From NCBI GenBank assembly GCA_020137815.1, contig CM035354.1, positions 4,092,001 to 4,156,000 of the forward strand: DNA of 64,000 nucleotides. Direction: 5' to 3'. Source of the DNA: Hormiphora californensis. Its lineage: Eukaryota; Animalia; Ctenophora. Position 1 is the first letter of the stretch; each line of letters begins with the position of its first letter. A model generated the notes under the pieces. The model worked only from the letters and a program-made list of their open reading frames with translations. It did no database searches and was not told where the DNA came from. Below are positions 11,901-24,500 of the stretch, piece after piece. The translations under genes and the position numbers were made by a program.

Positions 11901-13849
11901 CTCGTAAGTTACGTTAAAGTAGGCTCAACAGAGATCAAAAAGATTAGAGATAAGATGCTAACACAGTTATCAGATCGATTGACGGCAAACTCAAATTAAT
12001 TTGTTTAAAGTAGTGTTGAAAAGTTTGAAACTCACACATTTAGTTTACCGAATGTTGCACTCTCTAACTACCTATCTTGTTCCCTGCTAGGTGTGTGCTA
12101 CTCTAAAGGATGTCAACCTGACATACTGTTCCAACTTCACAGCAGAGGATTACAGCAGGGTATGTGAGAGACAGGGGGTGTTTGTGTGTGGGTGTGTTTG
12201 TGTGTTGAGATCTCCTTAGACTAATGAATGGTTATATCAATTTAACGGTTATAAAATGGACGCTCGTCCACATGTGGACAACCGTCTATTTTATAGCCGC
12301 AATATCATGACTCCCAGGTAGCACATCTGGCAACAAGTGAAGAGTTGACTGTCAGGGGTGGTACTGCTGATACAAGGGCCCAGCTAATGATCAACGTTAC
12401 TGACGATCTTCTCCGGGTTAGTGTTGTTTGATTGGGCATTGGGCATTAGGTTTATCTGCTGTTATCTTGCTGTTTTGTCTCTCTTTGTTCGCTGTGTAAC
12501 AAAAAAAGTTAAGAGAGGATTGTTAGCAGTTAGGCGGCGAAATGTGAGAATAGAAAAGGTCGTGTAAGTTTCCGGGATGTGTAATATTTAGAGAGAAGAG
12601 GATTGTGCTGACTGATGAGTTAGTTTTCATGTCACCGTGAGAAATGAAGAGTCCAGAAATGTGGGAACTAACACAATGGAGAACTTGGCGGAGCGCGCGA
12701 CGTTCTTCAAACAGAGTTTAGTGCGCGGGAATACATCGATCGAGCACTCACAAATGTACACAAATGTACATTAGCCGCCCAGAACTTGAATATTTGTACA
12801 CAATTTACATTTACAATTTAAAAATTCCAACATTTCTGGACTAATTCAACTCTCTTCAGACATTCCTGACTGAAGCTGGTGTCGCGGACCAGCCCATATC
12901 TCAGCAGTACACCAGTATTTGGGATATTCTGAAGGCTCGGTACATCGGATCTGGACACTTTAAAAAGGCTGTGAACCTTGAGAGTTATTATCTGGGCTAC
13001 CTTAATACTGGATGTCTTCAGCACAAGTAAATTATAAACTATTTTCAAAATTAAAATTTGAATTGACATACATACTCAGTGTCACAGTCAGGCGAGTCAA
13101 AACAATATCCTTCACTACCTCTACTATCTCCCTCCCAGTGTTGATGGTGTTACATTGAGAAGGTTTGTGTTGATAGAAGATGACCCCTTTGCCCCTGAGT
13201 ATGAGTGTCAGCTGGCTCCGATAGGGTGTCGCGGTGATAATGATTGTCATATTGGGTATGCTGGGTCTACCTGCTATTGTTATGGTGATAGCTGTGTGGA
13301 GCAACATGATGTCAGCGATCCCAGACACACCCTCAAGGTATAGTGTGACAAGTAGGTTCTGAGGGAATTTCTGTGCCCTTCACGATACAAATACCAGCTT
13401 TATTTATGTGTTATTTTAAATCTGAGCAGCTAATGATTGAGAATATCTGAATTGAGTATCATGTGTATTTCTAGAACTCCAATCAATCTCCACAGGAGGG
13501 CCGATTCGTGAAGAGGGAGCAGGATTCTTCCTCTACTTGGTACGGTGCCAATAACTCCTGTCACTACCATGTGGGAGTCTACTGTGTCTGTGATAAGGTA
13601 AAATATTCCCTTACTACTATGCAAGCCCTGCTATATGTACTGTATATAGTACTGTATATAGTACCTCGCCAGACCTACCGGCTACCTAACCTACCTTTTT
13701 CTAACAATTAACATCCAAACTCCTCACAGCACTACGGTGGATCATGGAAGACGATGTGGCCAACGGGTGGATACGGACACAAGGAAAACATGTATACCTA
13801 CCGGGCAATGAACAACAAGCTTGACAAGTTCCAGAGGCCGAGGGAATAA
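5906..13849 (+). CDS. Secreted MACPF-domain protein with Cys-rich/EGF-like C-terminus, PsTX-60A/AvTX-60A toxin-like; 11 exons, ~455 aa, intact
   Basis: Exons 5906-6020, 6219-6324, 6432-6544, 6689-6804, 6971-7132, 12091-12159, 12318-12416, 12860-13026, 13139-13337, 13496-13597, 13730-13849, all GT-AG and phase-consistent. Signal peptide MIRVLFSAALLLLVQG; MACPF signature YETFLKIYGSHITKRITHGS; VRGG; NLESYYLGYLNTGC; PEYECQLAPIGCRGDNDCH..CYCYGDSC. Confidence 0.85.
7572..10674 (-). CDS. LINE ORF2 (apurinic endonuclease + reverse transcriptase), one +1 frameshift near 10190
   Basis: Frame -1 relative to ORF1 reads KIGTLNVRSLVNK...ICLVQETF; then NIYRPP, IIAGDLN (after removing one G), LDLVL, SDH, NYRPVSNIPFLSK, LDMSAAFDTVDH, GVPQGSLLGP, YADD. 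Confidence 0.88.
10596..11849 (-). CDS. LINE ORF1 (gag-like, CCHC zinc knuckles)
   Basis: 417 aa; CYNCQGFGHMAGSVYC, CCFCAGGHQTKDC, CVNC...HTASSMWC. Confidence 0.9.
   Translation of the reverse strand: MTVTSIYDRCSTKSEFEDVLSGDVLDKYKGSDLLICLRRDDTNCPSGLLKPQLWDILKVCYKLIPASPPYSVPADNMDLRESFEKLQKDLISTISSLVRPVVESEGLEGVAEKPKDIQEEPETPEMKHYVNITTGGGQGEEESFCAKKWKEFVKPKVESALKTVPVVRSRVNSDHTRLYFPDEDQLKEAERVLSPLVPECSLTFFSEETKKLDPKVTINDLDPELLEKDALLAAILDKNEDIKKLFNEDKTLKVVFVNKRDRYAVIQTAPEIRRIILNKKDRINIGLRQHLVRNRYHVIQCYNCQGFGHMAGSVYCPRKEDPVCCFCAGGHQTKDCNAKKKDDTGKMKCVNCEVGGSREDRKYAKTHTASSMWCPSYINERARIMERTLTVSKEEKNHYLTRTREELLRKRLGRLAR
12246..12300. repeat. Short imperfect palindrome (MITE-like remnant) in MACPF intron 6
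   Basis: CGGTTATAAAATGGACG...GTCCAC-AT-GTGGAC...CGTCTATTTTATAGCCG arms are near reverse complements. Confidence 0.5.
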
Positions 13850-14363
13850 CTGGACAATTTTCAGAGGGCATAACAAACTCTTCAGATCTGTTTGTGAATG
13901 ATTGTGACGTGTTGCTTTTGAATTTCTGAGCTCTATTATTTTGAACTCTTTTTGTACTTTATACTTCTCGTTTTAGTTTGCCGACTTTGATCTCCTGCAT
14001 TTATGGTACCGTGTTTACTGCTCGGCTTCATCATCAGTACGGTCGGCTGGGTGTCTTCAATCCATCTATCCCGTAATTATTATTCAAGAATCTTATGTAT
14101 CTTTGTCACGCGCAATTTATTGACAAAAACGATGCATGTACACGCGCGCAAAAAATCAAAAGTGCTCGTGCGCGTTCAGTTTTTTCCTCAAAATTCTCAA
14201 AAATTTCGTCTTTTTTTAAACTTTTGAAAACTTTTTTGATTTTTCGACTGTTTTCTGTTCCCAGTTCTTACTTTGTATGCTATCTAGTATTCAGTCAAGT
14301 TTTTTAAAACCTTGTGCAATTAGCATAAAAAATATAACGTTTTTAGGCGTAAAATGTAAGAAA

Positions 14364-15363
14364 ATGGCCCGAAATCAATTGCAACGGGGTGCCGATTTTG
14401 CGGACAGTACCGCTGCCACGTTGAACACCTTCATACGAAGCGAAGAACAGTCTCTTTCGGATGTTAGCAACATGTTTCCAACTGTCGGTGAAAATCTTGA
14501 TGGAGTGTTATCTTATTTGGAGCAGCGTGAAGGGCAGATTAGAGGTGATGTGAATGAAGGCGATGCTGGAGTGTTCAGTGTAATCAGCACCTCTATTCCT
14601 CGTGGAGCTAACACTGAATCATTTACAAACAGTGGAATCCAATGTCTTGATATGATGCTTAACCACCTTCAATCCAGAGAAGTCGCCCTCGAACGGAAGT
14701 CCCGAGTACAGTGTCGATCTGAGTCTTGATAATCAGCTGGTCGAACTTGGCAGGGCTCTTGCTTCAAACCTGGGCTTCGGCAATGACATGGACAATCGAT
14801 TTCAGCCCAGCTCAGATACTTCTGAAAACTGTTCATCAGAACAACCAGACAATGATAGAAGAGCTGAACAACAGTTTCAGACGACAGAGACAGGAGACGA
14901 AATAGAAGTGATCGACCTAGAGAGCACTCCTTCCTCCCGGGGGATGGATCGGATTCTTGACGATTCCATACATCATGTGAGAGTCGACAACTTTGTTAGT
15001 AGTGTCGTCACTTATGATAGCGACAAGGACATTGATGAGACTGAGGTTGAGGAGGAGACGGGGTATATTCCCTCCTTCCATAGCCCACCACCACCCTCTA
15101 CTCTAAGCAGCCTACCCGGACAACCAACAGAAGAGGCAGAGGTAACTGAAACAGTGATCATGACACGAGATGCCCCTGAAAACAATAATAACGGCGGTTC
15201 AGAGGGAGCAAACAATAATTCAGAGAGTGCGGAGAGTGATGGTAACCAGAGTTCGGAGAGTGGTGATAGCGAACCAAATAACGACGTAACACCATTCACC
15301 ATTGACTCAAACTTCAACTACGAGCACATACGAACTACCCCACGAATGTCACATTTTCGATAA
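14364..15363 (+). CDS. Intronless orphan protein (~330 aa) with acidic disordered C-terminus; one +1 frameshift near 14697
   Basis: ORFs 14277-14729 and 14788-15363 join by deleting one A in GAACGGAAGTCCC (ER-SPEYSVDLSLDNQLVELGRALASNLGFGNDMDNRF); ATG 14364 follows a TTTTAG acceptor at 14346. Confidence 0.6.
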
Positions 15364-15468
15364 AAATCTCAACTGAAATTTGTTTGTTAGGGATAGTTTA
15401 TTTTTCGTAGACCTGTTCTTATTAATATACTTGTGTAAAATTAAATTTTAAACTTTTCAAGGAAGTGA

Positions 15469-18417
15469 ATGAGTACATCAGATGCTACCGATTACTTCGA
15501 CAAATGTGTGTTGAAGGAAAACGTTTCAACCGTTCTCGACTCCCTGTTTACCCTCGACCCCCTTCCCTTTAACCCCTACACACATCTCACCCGGCACTTC
15601 CTCTCGCTAGCTGAGCACTACTGGATCAACAAATGCCACACGACATCCCGGGGGTATCAGCGATGGAGTGTCGTCAAGAGTGGCCATCTTTACTGCTCAA
15701 CAGATCAGGATGTCTGTATCGCAGGTCAGAAACACATTGTAGAACTGATCAATGTCACAGCAGTGAATCCCATCATAACTCGGATCATGTCCTTCACTCA
15801 AGACCTCCCTGAGAAAAGTGCAGTAACTCTTCTGTCTCCGGCGTGTTTTCATGGATCAGTCCTAGGTCAACAAGATAGGGAAATCAATCTCCACGTTGAT
15901 TTGGTTTATCAAAACACTGACAAGGAGCAGGCGATATCACAGGCTGTTGATGCGATTATGAATGATGTAAGTGATGGGTACCTCAAGACGTTGGTAGTGG
16001 AAGATGTAAATGGTGAAAGACATGAATCACCAACAAAAGAGGAACTATTGACACTCCTTCCCGATGCAAAACTCATCCAATCTTCCTGTTCTGTTTTTGA
16101 AAGTGGAACTTTGGTTAAAGTCACTAAAAATTTCTCTGTGGTGCGTGTGTGGAAGAAGGTAATGAAACTAATTTGTAGTTTGGTAGCGGGTCCGATGGTT
16201 ACAACTTCACTTCATTTCGGTGTTCTCATCGGGGAAAAGAGCCTGAAAATTTACAATTCAGTCCTGCTAGCCTCATCTATAACTGAACAAGATCCCAGGA
16301 GTAGGAAAGAGGTGGTCAAATCGCTGTCGCCAAAACACCCAGCAGTGTTTGCCAGTGCTCGTTCCCAGCTCTCAGCCATCGATATTTCACCATCTTTGGA
16401 TATTTTCCAGTTTTGTCAAGGGCATCTTCTAAAATTACTACTAGATGGAATAGATGAAGATGCGGATGATGTGATTCGAGAAATTTCTCTCCTCTTTCAA
16501 TCTACCTCCGCTGTCTTTCATACCCTAGCAAAAAGATACAGTGATTTCGAGGCATGGACTGCAACAGAAGGAGTTGAGAAGGCGTCTGCTGTTTTAGCGG
16601 ACATTGTCGGCTTACTCCACGACATGGAGCCTCCTGTGTCTCCCATTCATTCCTGTTTTATCCAGTCACTGGAACACAACGTGTTCCTCATGGAACAGAT
16701 GACCCTGAATCCGGAACAATCAGGGAACATCCCTGCGTTTCTGGGTGTCGAGAAGGTGTCGTGTGGTGTCGCTTCCCTTTCATTCCTTCCCTGTGTTCTA
16801 TCACAACTTTCCATTCTCTCGGAGATAGTGTCTAGTTCCACCACCACTAACATATCTCCTGACCATCCGTTTATCAAGTTCCAACATGAGGTCAAGGAGT
16901 CGCAAGATAAGCTACCAGCGGTGGAGTATGATTGTGGTTTCTATGATCCAGCCTTCCTCAAATACCTCATGTACACCGTTGATATGGACCGTAATTTGGC
17001 CAAAGTGACAAGCTCGGGTAATATTCCCAAAGTGATTGTCCTGCTTATCCTACCAGAGTGACTATGCAGCTCGATAGGACTCTAGAAACTGCTCTTCAGC
17101 ACCTATTTCAATGGATTATCCTGTGAATCCCTACAGTGAACTTGTCCGGGAGTGTCTCACAGCTTCACATCGTGTCTGGTCGGACGGGGTTAAAGGATTC
17201 CCTCATTAGGTCAACCGATGGTTCAAAAACCGAGGCTCAAAGATGCCTGAACACCAAGTTTTTGGGCTTGCTGGAGATGTGTTCGGGCTTCACCACACAC
17301 TGTTACAGAGTGATTCCTGATGGGCTGGATTTTGTTTTGGCTGTGTGTACCTCCGTCAAGAATAATCCTTACATCACGAAAAAGGGAGGTATCCGGATCT
17401 CTCACGTAGGTGTTCCCTTGTGCAGAGAGTGTCCTCGTGGGTAGGGTTGACCCCATGGTATACTCGTTACGATGTGAGGAATATTACGTTATGATCAAGG
17501 AGAAACCGTCCGCAAATGTTGATGTTGGACTCTCTTTCCTCACCGAAATGTTGCTATCCCACCTGGTTGAGATGTCAGAGGGACAGATAGTGGTGGGGTA
17601 CAGTGTGGATTATGAGGGTTTGATACTCCTAGATATGGATCGGGTTCAGGGCCGGTTGGAGGAGAGGCAAGCATTGCAGTCTGACATTAGTGAGGCCATT
17701 TACAATCGGTCACAGCTGACCTTTGAGTTTATAGTGAAAAGTCCGATAGGTCACTACATAAGGGTTTCAAAGGATATAAAACCAGTTTACACTGACAAAA
17801 GTACGGGTTTGGATGATCACTTTACCCCCTGCGACATAATCAATGCTAACTTTGCTGTCTTCCCAAAACTCTACTCAGCATCGTTCTTCTACGACTACGC
17901 TCCGGGTCGGGCTGATATTGATTTCGCAGTGAACCAGTTGAACCAGAGAATAGTTCGTGAAGGGGATGGATGGGAAGTTTATAGAGCGATTCAACTGAAG
18001 TGCATGCTTTGCGAGGATATTTCATTTCTCGCCAGCGCTGTTAGAATATCGCACTCTAACTCATCTAGAATTCATGGTGTTCAGCTGCTAAATGGGTTGA
18101 TAAGTGACCTGCTGGAGATGCCAGTGGTAGATGGAGATGTGGTGCGAGACATGGTGACTGATTATGTGTCATACTGTAGAGCTCTTATCAACATTCTTGG
18201 ACTAGAGGAACCAATCGTAGCATTTATTGAGCTATTGCTGGAAGGTTTGGGTAGTACGGAACTCGAGGGACCTCTGAAAACTCTTTTCATCGTCTTTTCT
18301 GCACTGGCTCAATTCCAGGAAAAAGCATCTGCAGGAATAGTTAAAGAGTGTGTTCAGAAATATGTAAAAGCGGCTCAAGATGAGCTGAATCGATCCGCTG
18401 CAAGGGACTTTTTGTAG
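15469..18417 (+). CDS. Intronless ~980-aa protein of two homologous halves, each starting with a Dpy-30/RIIa-like docking (D/D) motif; several frameshifts at 17000-17420
   Basis: ORFs 15469-17061 and 17410-18417 plus bridging frames; LKENVSTVLDSLFTLDPLPFNPYTHLTRHF versus LDRTLETALQHLF.MDYPVNPYSELVRECL. Confidence 0.65.
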
Positions 18418-18588
18418 GTTTTCTGACGAAGTTTTTTAAATCTTTTGCATGTGGTGTATTTTTGTATGTTTACATTTTGAGAATGATAATAATTGAGAAT
18501 CTTTTGATAGCTATTTTCTGAAAACTTCGTTGTATCATTCTAAACTCTCCACTTCAATACATTTTCCTAAATATCCCTCTTTCTAGCC

Positions 18589-21500
18589 ATGCAACTGCGG
18601 TACTTGAAGTCTCTAGTACCGGCTCAGGATGGTCAGGCCAAGGTAACAGCTTTCGCGTGGTCACCAAACAACGCAAAACTAGCCGTTGTCACAGTAGATC
18701 GGGTGATATTGTTGTTCGATGACCACGGAGAAAAACGGGACAAATTCTCCACCAAACCTTCCGATCCTAACAATACCCGGAAGCAGTACCAGGTCAAGGC
18801 CCTCGCTTTCTCTCCCGACTCCACGAGGATTGCGGTGGGGCAAACAGACGACATTGTGTTTGTTTACAAGATTGGAGAGGAATGGGGCGATAGGAAGACG
18901 ATTAGTAACAAATTCCTCCAAGAGGCGGCTGTTACCTCCATGGTCTGGCCACCGGATCAGCCTGCGTTTATTATTGGTTTAGCGAACGGAAAGGTCCGGC
19001 TGTGTAATGTGAGGACTAACAAATCACAACCGCTTTATGGGTCCGATAGTTGCGTTGTGGCCCTGGCATCAAAGTAAGTAAAGAATAGTCAGTAACCCTT
19101 AGAGGTATAGTTTTTTAACCCATGTGTCTCTTTGATTGATATTGAAATTGGCTATTAATTAATTCACATCTCCCAAATAAAAAGTTATCAAATTCCTTTT
19201 CAGTCCATCTAACAAGGCGATTATCTCGGGTCACGCGGATGGAACCATTCTTCGATACTTTTTCGACAATGAAGGAACAGGGCTAAGCCATGGCCAGGTT
19301 GTCCGGCATTCCTGTGCACCCTACGCCCTAGCATGGGGCTCTTCAATCGTGGCAGCTGGATGCGATAAGAGAATACTCATGTACACTCCTGATGGTGGGT
19401 ACACTGTTTTTTTGTATGTTGTCTCACGAGGGAAACCATGTTACCGATCCAAGCATCGTTTAGTAATATTTGTTCGACGACGGCAGCCATTCTAACTTTT
19501 CAACCCCTGTCCCCCTTCAACATCTTGATCCCCCTCATCCCATCATCCATAGGCAAGATAACTCAGCAGTTTGACTACTCTAAAGACCTTGATGAGAAGG
19601 AGTTTACTGTGGCCACAAGTAGTCCAAGTGGTCACTCTCTTGTCCTGGGAAGTTTCAACCGATTGAGGGTGTTCAACTGGGCTCCCAGGAAACACACATG
19701 GGAGGAGGGTGTTCCGAAGAACATTCCTAATTTGTACACCATCACCGCTCTAAGTTGGAAGAGAGATGGATCTCGACTGATTTGTGTAAGTTGAACTCTG
19801 ATATTAGAGAATATTACTTGGGACTTGGGACCACCCAGTAATACATGTGTTTCCAATAACTACCCACCCACAATCTCTAGGGATCGCTATGTGGCGCTGT
19901 TGACCTATTTGATTGTTGTCTCCGTCGTACTATCTACAAGAACAAGTTTGAAATGACTTACGTTGGACTGTCCCAAGTGATTGTCAAGAATCTCCAGACA
20001 GGAACTCGTGTTGTCGTTAAATCTCACTACTCTTACGAGATACAGAAGGTATGTTCTCACTTAGTATGTCACTAGGTAAGTTTATCACTTATTCAAGTGA
20101 TAAAATATTTTATACAGTTCATGCATTGGTTAGATATCAGTTTCCCTCTAAGAAGATGATTTTCCTATTCATCTGTCATTTTGTACCAGGTGAGCATAAT
20201 GGGGAACGACAAGTACATTGTAGCGTACACCTCCGACACACTCTTACTGGGAGATCTAAAGAGCTTCAGGATCAGTGAAATTGCATGGTCAGCCACGGGA
20301 GGGAATGAGAAGTTTGTGTTCCAGCACAATAACGTGTGTATGATCTTCAACGCTGGGGAACTGACTCTGGTAAGTGAGGGGATGTTCAATGTTCATACCT
20401 AGTTCATAGCTTACTTTGGTAAGCATTGATGAGGGGGTGCTTAATGCTTATAGTCCGCAAATAAAGAACGTTTATGTTGAGGGATTGTGTTTGCTACTAT
20501 GTATTGTGTTTCAATGTCGTCAGTTAGTCAGTTACACACACACGTGTGCTTGTTAGGTCACATGCAATGATTTCAATCACGTGTAATACATATCTCTCTC
20601 ATCTCGAGTCACTTGACCTACAATTCTTATGGATAATCAACCCGGCCCATCGGTCACTAATGTTCACTTTCAACAGGTTGAGTACGGTACAAATGACATT
20701 CTGGGTTCAGTCAGAACTGAATTCATGTCGCCCCATCTGGTTAGTGTCCGGATCAACGAGAGAAGGGTCCGAGGGGTGGAGGAGAACAAGAAGATAGCTT
20801 ATCTAGTGGATCTGAAAACTATATCAATAGGTAATTATTATATTGGCACCTACGCCCCAATATTGGTAGTGAGGTCCAGGGTGAATATTGAAAAAGAACA
20901 ACAAGATATCACTTGGATTTCTAAACTTATTTAGTTATCATTTTCAGTAGGTAAAAAACTTCAGCATTACCAATTTCACACGATTAAACTTTAACATGAT
21001 CAATTTCACACAATAAAAAACTTTTCATGTCGTGTTCAGGGACAAATGATAGATGGTCAATGTTCAAGTGTGTTAGCAGTAGTGTTGTTGTTACTCATCA
21101 CGGTCATTGGGTGTTCTCGAACCCTCCTTTCCGTTCGGTACTGGAACACCCTCTGTAGCCCATCAACTACAAAATCAGTGATGTACGTGTCATAAATTAA
21201 TGGGTTAATTAAGGAGTTAATTGGAAGAAAAATTATAGAAAACAGATCGTAGAACGGTGTTGCGTCGACAGCTTCCAGGAAGTGTAAAGTGCAGACGGTC
21301 ACAAATGGGACCCAGCATAGGAAATCAGTCAGAACGATGGAAGTTATTTTCCTTTTCATTTTGCGGAGGAATCTCCTCCTGTTTGTAGCCCTTACTGCAT
21401 CCCTTCCTCCTCCACCCCTTGAGTTGTAGTTGATGTATCCATACGCTATTACTATGGTAACAAAACATACCATATTGATGCCCAAGGATGGCCCAGGTAA

Positions 21501-24500
21501 ACTCTTTCTGGGCATCGCCCCGTTTTACAAAGTACTTGAACAGACAAACACCTGCGTTCCCATAGAAACCAAGATCGCTTCCCCTGGGTTCCGGCTTGTC
21601 ACTCTTCGTGTCACTGGCGTTCGAATGACTGGCATAGAACATACCACCTAACATTCTTTTAATTTGATCCCAAGGGAGAATTGTTTCATCATCTGTGTTC
21701 TTCGTTTTGTAGTACCCCTTGAGGATATCAATATGTTTCTGTTTGCTGACCGATCCCACGAATATGGGGTACTCAGTACTGTTGTAGAAGATTCCGTTAA
21801 TGAAATAATCCTTAAACCCATCAATCATGGGAATAACGGCTATAACAATAGCGGCTGCCGAAATGTAGATCACTGAACCGACCAGGACTCCCTTGGCTCG
21901 CTTGGAAAGGATCACACCAGACGGTCTATGTGACGTCATTACACAAGCTCTGAAAACACTCAGGAGGGTCATTGAAAAGAGTGCTAGTTGTGTTCCAATG
22001 GTGCTGATTATACCCAACATTGTGCACTTCCACCCAATCAACCAGGTGAATCGATCCTGGCAGTAGCTCCGTCCAATTATCACATCTGCTATGCCTATAA
22101 ACAAGAGGTAGACTCCCACACACATATCCCCTACTGCTATCAGGATCACTAAAACTTTGACAACCGTTGTAGTTTCGTTACCCTTATTTTGGTGGAGGTA
22201 GATGGAGCAGTTGATGATGACGGAAAGGTTGAATATAACAGAGAGAATTCCAATTAGCCAAGTGGCAAAACTCAGAACAGGGTTTGTGATTAGCCCCTCG
22301 CTGGTATTGCAGACTTGGCATTCGTCATCCCCATGTGGGCAGTCAAATTTACCATCGCAAACCGAGCTCCAAGGTATCAACCTGGTACGGAGAGAGAGAA
22401 GGGGTTAGTTACAATATGGTACGGAGATAGAGAGGTAGTTAACTTTGGGCAACCATGCACCTTATAAATTATAAAATGGGGCCTCCTGAATAACTTGATG
22501 ATAAAGTTTTCGAGGCATGTTACCGGTTTGAGTCGCTAGAGGCGCACGAATAGTGGTTAATACAGTATTCCTCGTCGCTGTTGTCCCCACAGTCATCGGC
22601 CAGGTTACATACCAACTCAGGTCTAATACAAACATCGTTCCTAAATTGGTTACCATGGTTACCATAGGTTGTTCATGTATGAAATGGTTACAATGCTTAC
22701 CAACACACGCTAGCTATATTGTCACATCCACCTGACTACCATGGTAACTCACTTGCAGGAGAATATTTCGTCTCTATATGTCCCCCTATCCACTAGAGTT
22801 ATCCTTTGGTTAGGTGCAAGTGTAAGGGTGTAAAACAGGTTCTTCATCATGTGGGGACAGGAGTTGTAGGAGAGCGTTCGGTTGTCATAGGGACAGATCG
22901 CATTCTCATTGCTACACCTCCCTTTACATGCGTAATAAACGTACATGCTACCGTAAACGAATCTGGAGAGGAGGTATAAGTCAGTGGGGTAACTGGGTCC
23001 GGAAACCCATTTCCAATGCTTAGAAGTTGGGTATATTTCCCCTGGTAATTTAACCAAAAAACTAGTTTATACCTGCAGTCAACTGAGTGTTCAGGGGGCA
23101 CCATAAGTTTCACTTTTTCCACACCATACGCATCATTCTGAAAATGCTCTACCACCTCGCACTCAAACCACGGGTTCTGCGGTCCACTTAAACCTGGCAG
23201 ACAGTAACTCAAAAAGTTAACATTGCCTATTTCGGGTATCCGTGGTGATTGGGTACTCTGCCTATCCTGTGCTATGCGGCACAGCGGTCTCTCAGTCCCA
23301 CCACAGTCCTCAATGTTGTTACACAGTTTCTCTGTGGGGTACCGGGTATCTGTGTGCTCCTCTGGACAAATGAACACCACAGGACACTCTTCGTCTCGAC
23401 CGACACAAACGCTTTTACCGTTACCAGTAAAGCACTGCTTATGTAGCGTCTCGGTATCTTCATCCTCGTTGTCAAGGCAATCCTGGACTCCATCGCAAAC
23501 CCAACTTTTTGGAATCCTCCGCCTTGTGACGTGGTCCCCGAGTCTCCTGGAGCAGTTCCACGTTGTCATCAGATCATCATCGCACTCACGTCGTGACTCA
23601 TCCTTCCCAAAGGAGCAATCTTTGGTTCCGTCACATAGCTGGTGTTTGTGGATGCGGCAATCGTACTCGGCCAACTCACAGGCCTCATCAAAGTGATCGT
23701 TGCATGTAGGTGCACCTGTACAAATACCTGTTGGGAAGTGAGATGTCACTGCAGTCGTAAGTCATGCAACCATCAATGTAGGTTGCATAAAGTGTGAGCC
23801 TCGACTGACTTACTTAGTTGAAATGATTCTTGTCAGTTCGCGTTCGCACTGTTTTGATGAGAGGGAGACTAATTTTACCTGAAAGAGAGATATTTCCAAT
23901 GATAACCACTTCATCATCTGGTTTTGAACTACTCATATTGCAAGTCAGAAAGATGGTATCATTGCATCCAACCTGGTCCTTCCCATCGCTGCACACCAAC
24001 TCGCCAATCTCTTTTGCATCACTATGGGATAGGATCAGAAAGTTTAGCTGTGTTATGTGGTAGCAGGATGCTAAACTGGCTTGAGATTGAGAACTGAAAG
24101 TCTAAACAATGAGATGTTGTGAAAACTCGATAACTTCACAGTTCACAATATGTCAGTACTAAAAGGTGTTTGGTTCATACCTGCACATTTGACCCTTAGA
24201 AAGATTTCTCCTGGTCGGATAGAGATCAGTTTCGCAGTTTGCAACAAACACCCCGTTTTCCACCAAATCAGACTTGTCCCGGCAGCGGGATGTCGTTGCA
24301 CCCGGTACGAACATGTCCACGGGATGTATCCACCGGGTCCTGTGAGGTGAGTTCACTGACTCACACGACATGCCCCTACCATGTTTACAATTCAGCTCAT
24401 CGTCTCCTGGAAATCAAATATCACAAAGTGAGGGGAGTAAAACAGTGCAAAACAGATCAAAAAAGTCAAAGTCCAGGTCTCTCCCAATCATTGGGTATGC

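Larger units (their letters stand above)
7235..12030 (-). mobile_element. Near full-length non-LTR retrotransposon, L2-group, antisense in MACPF intron 5
   Basis: ORF1 with three zinc knuckles, ORF2 APE endonuclease + RT (YADD) ending FKSRLKTHLF, 3' end ...GGGCGGTATATAAG followed by a (TTA)n tail at 7235-7254. 5' boundary approximate. Confidence 0.9.
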
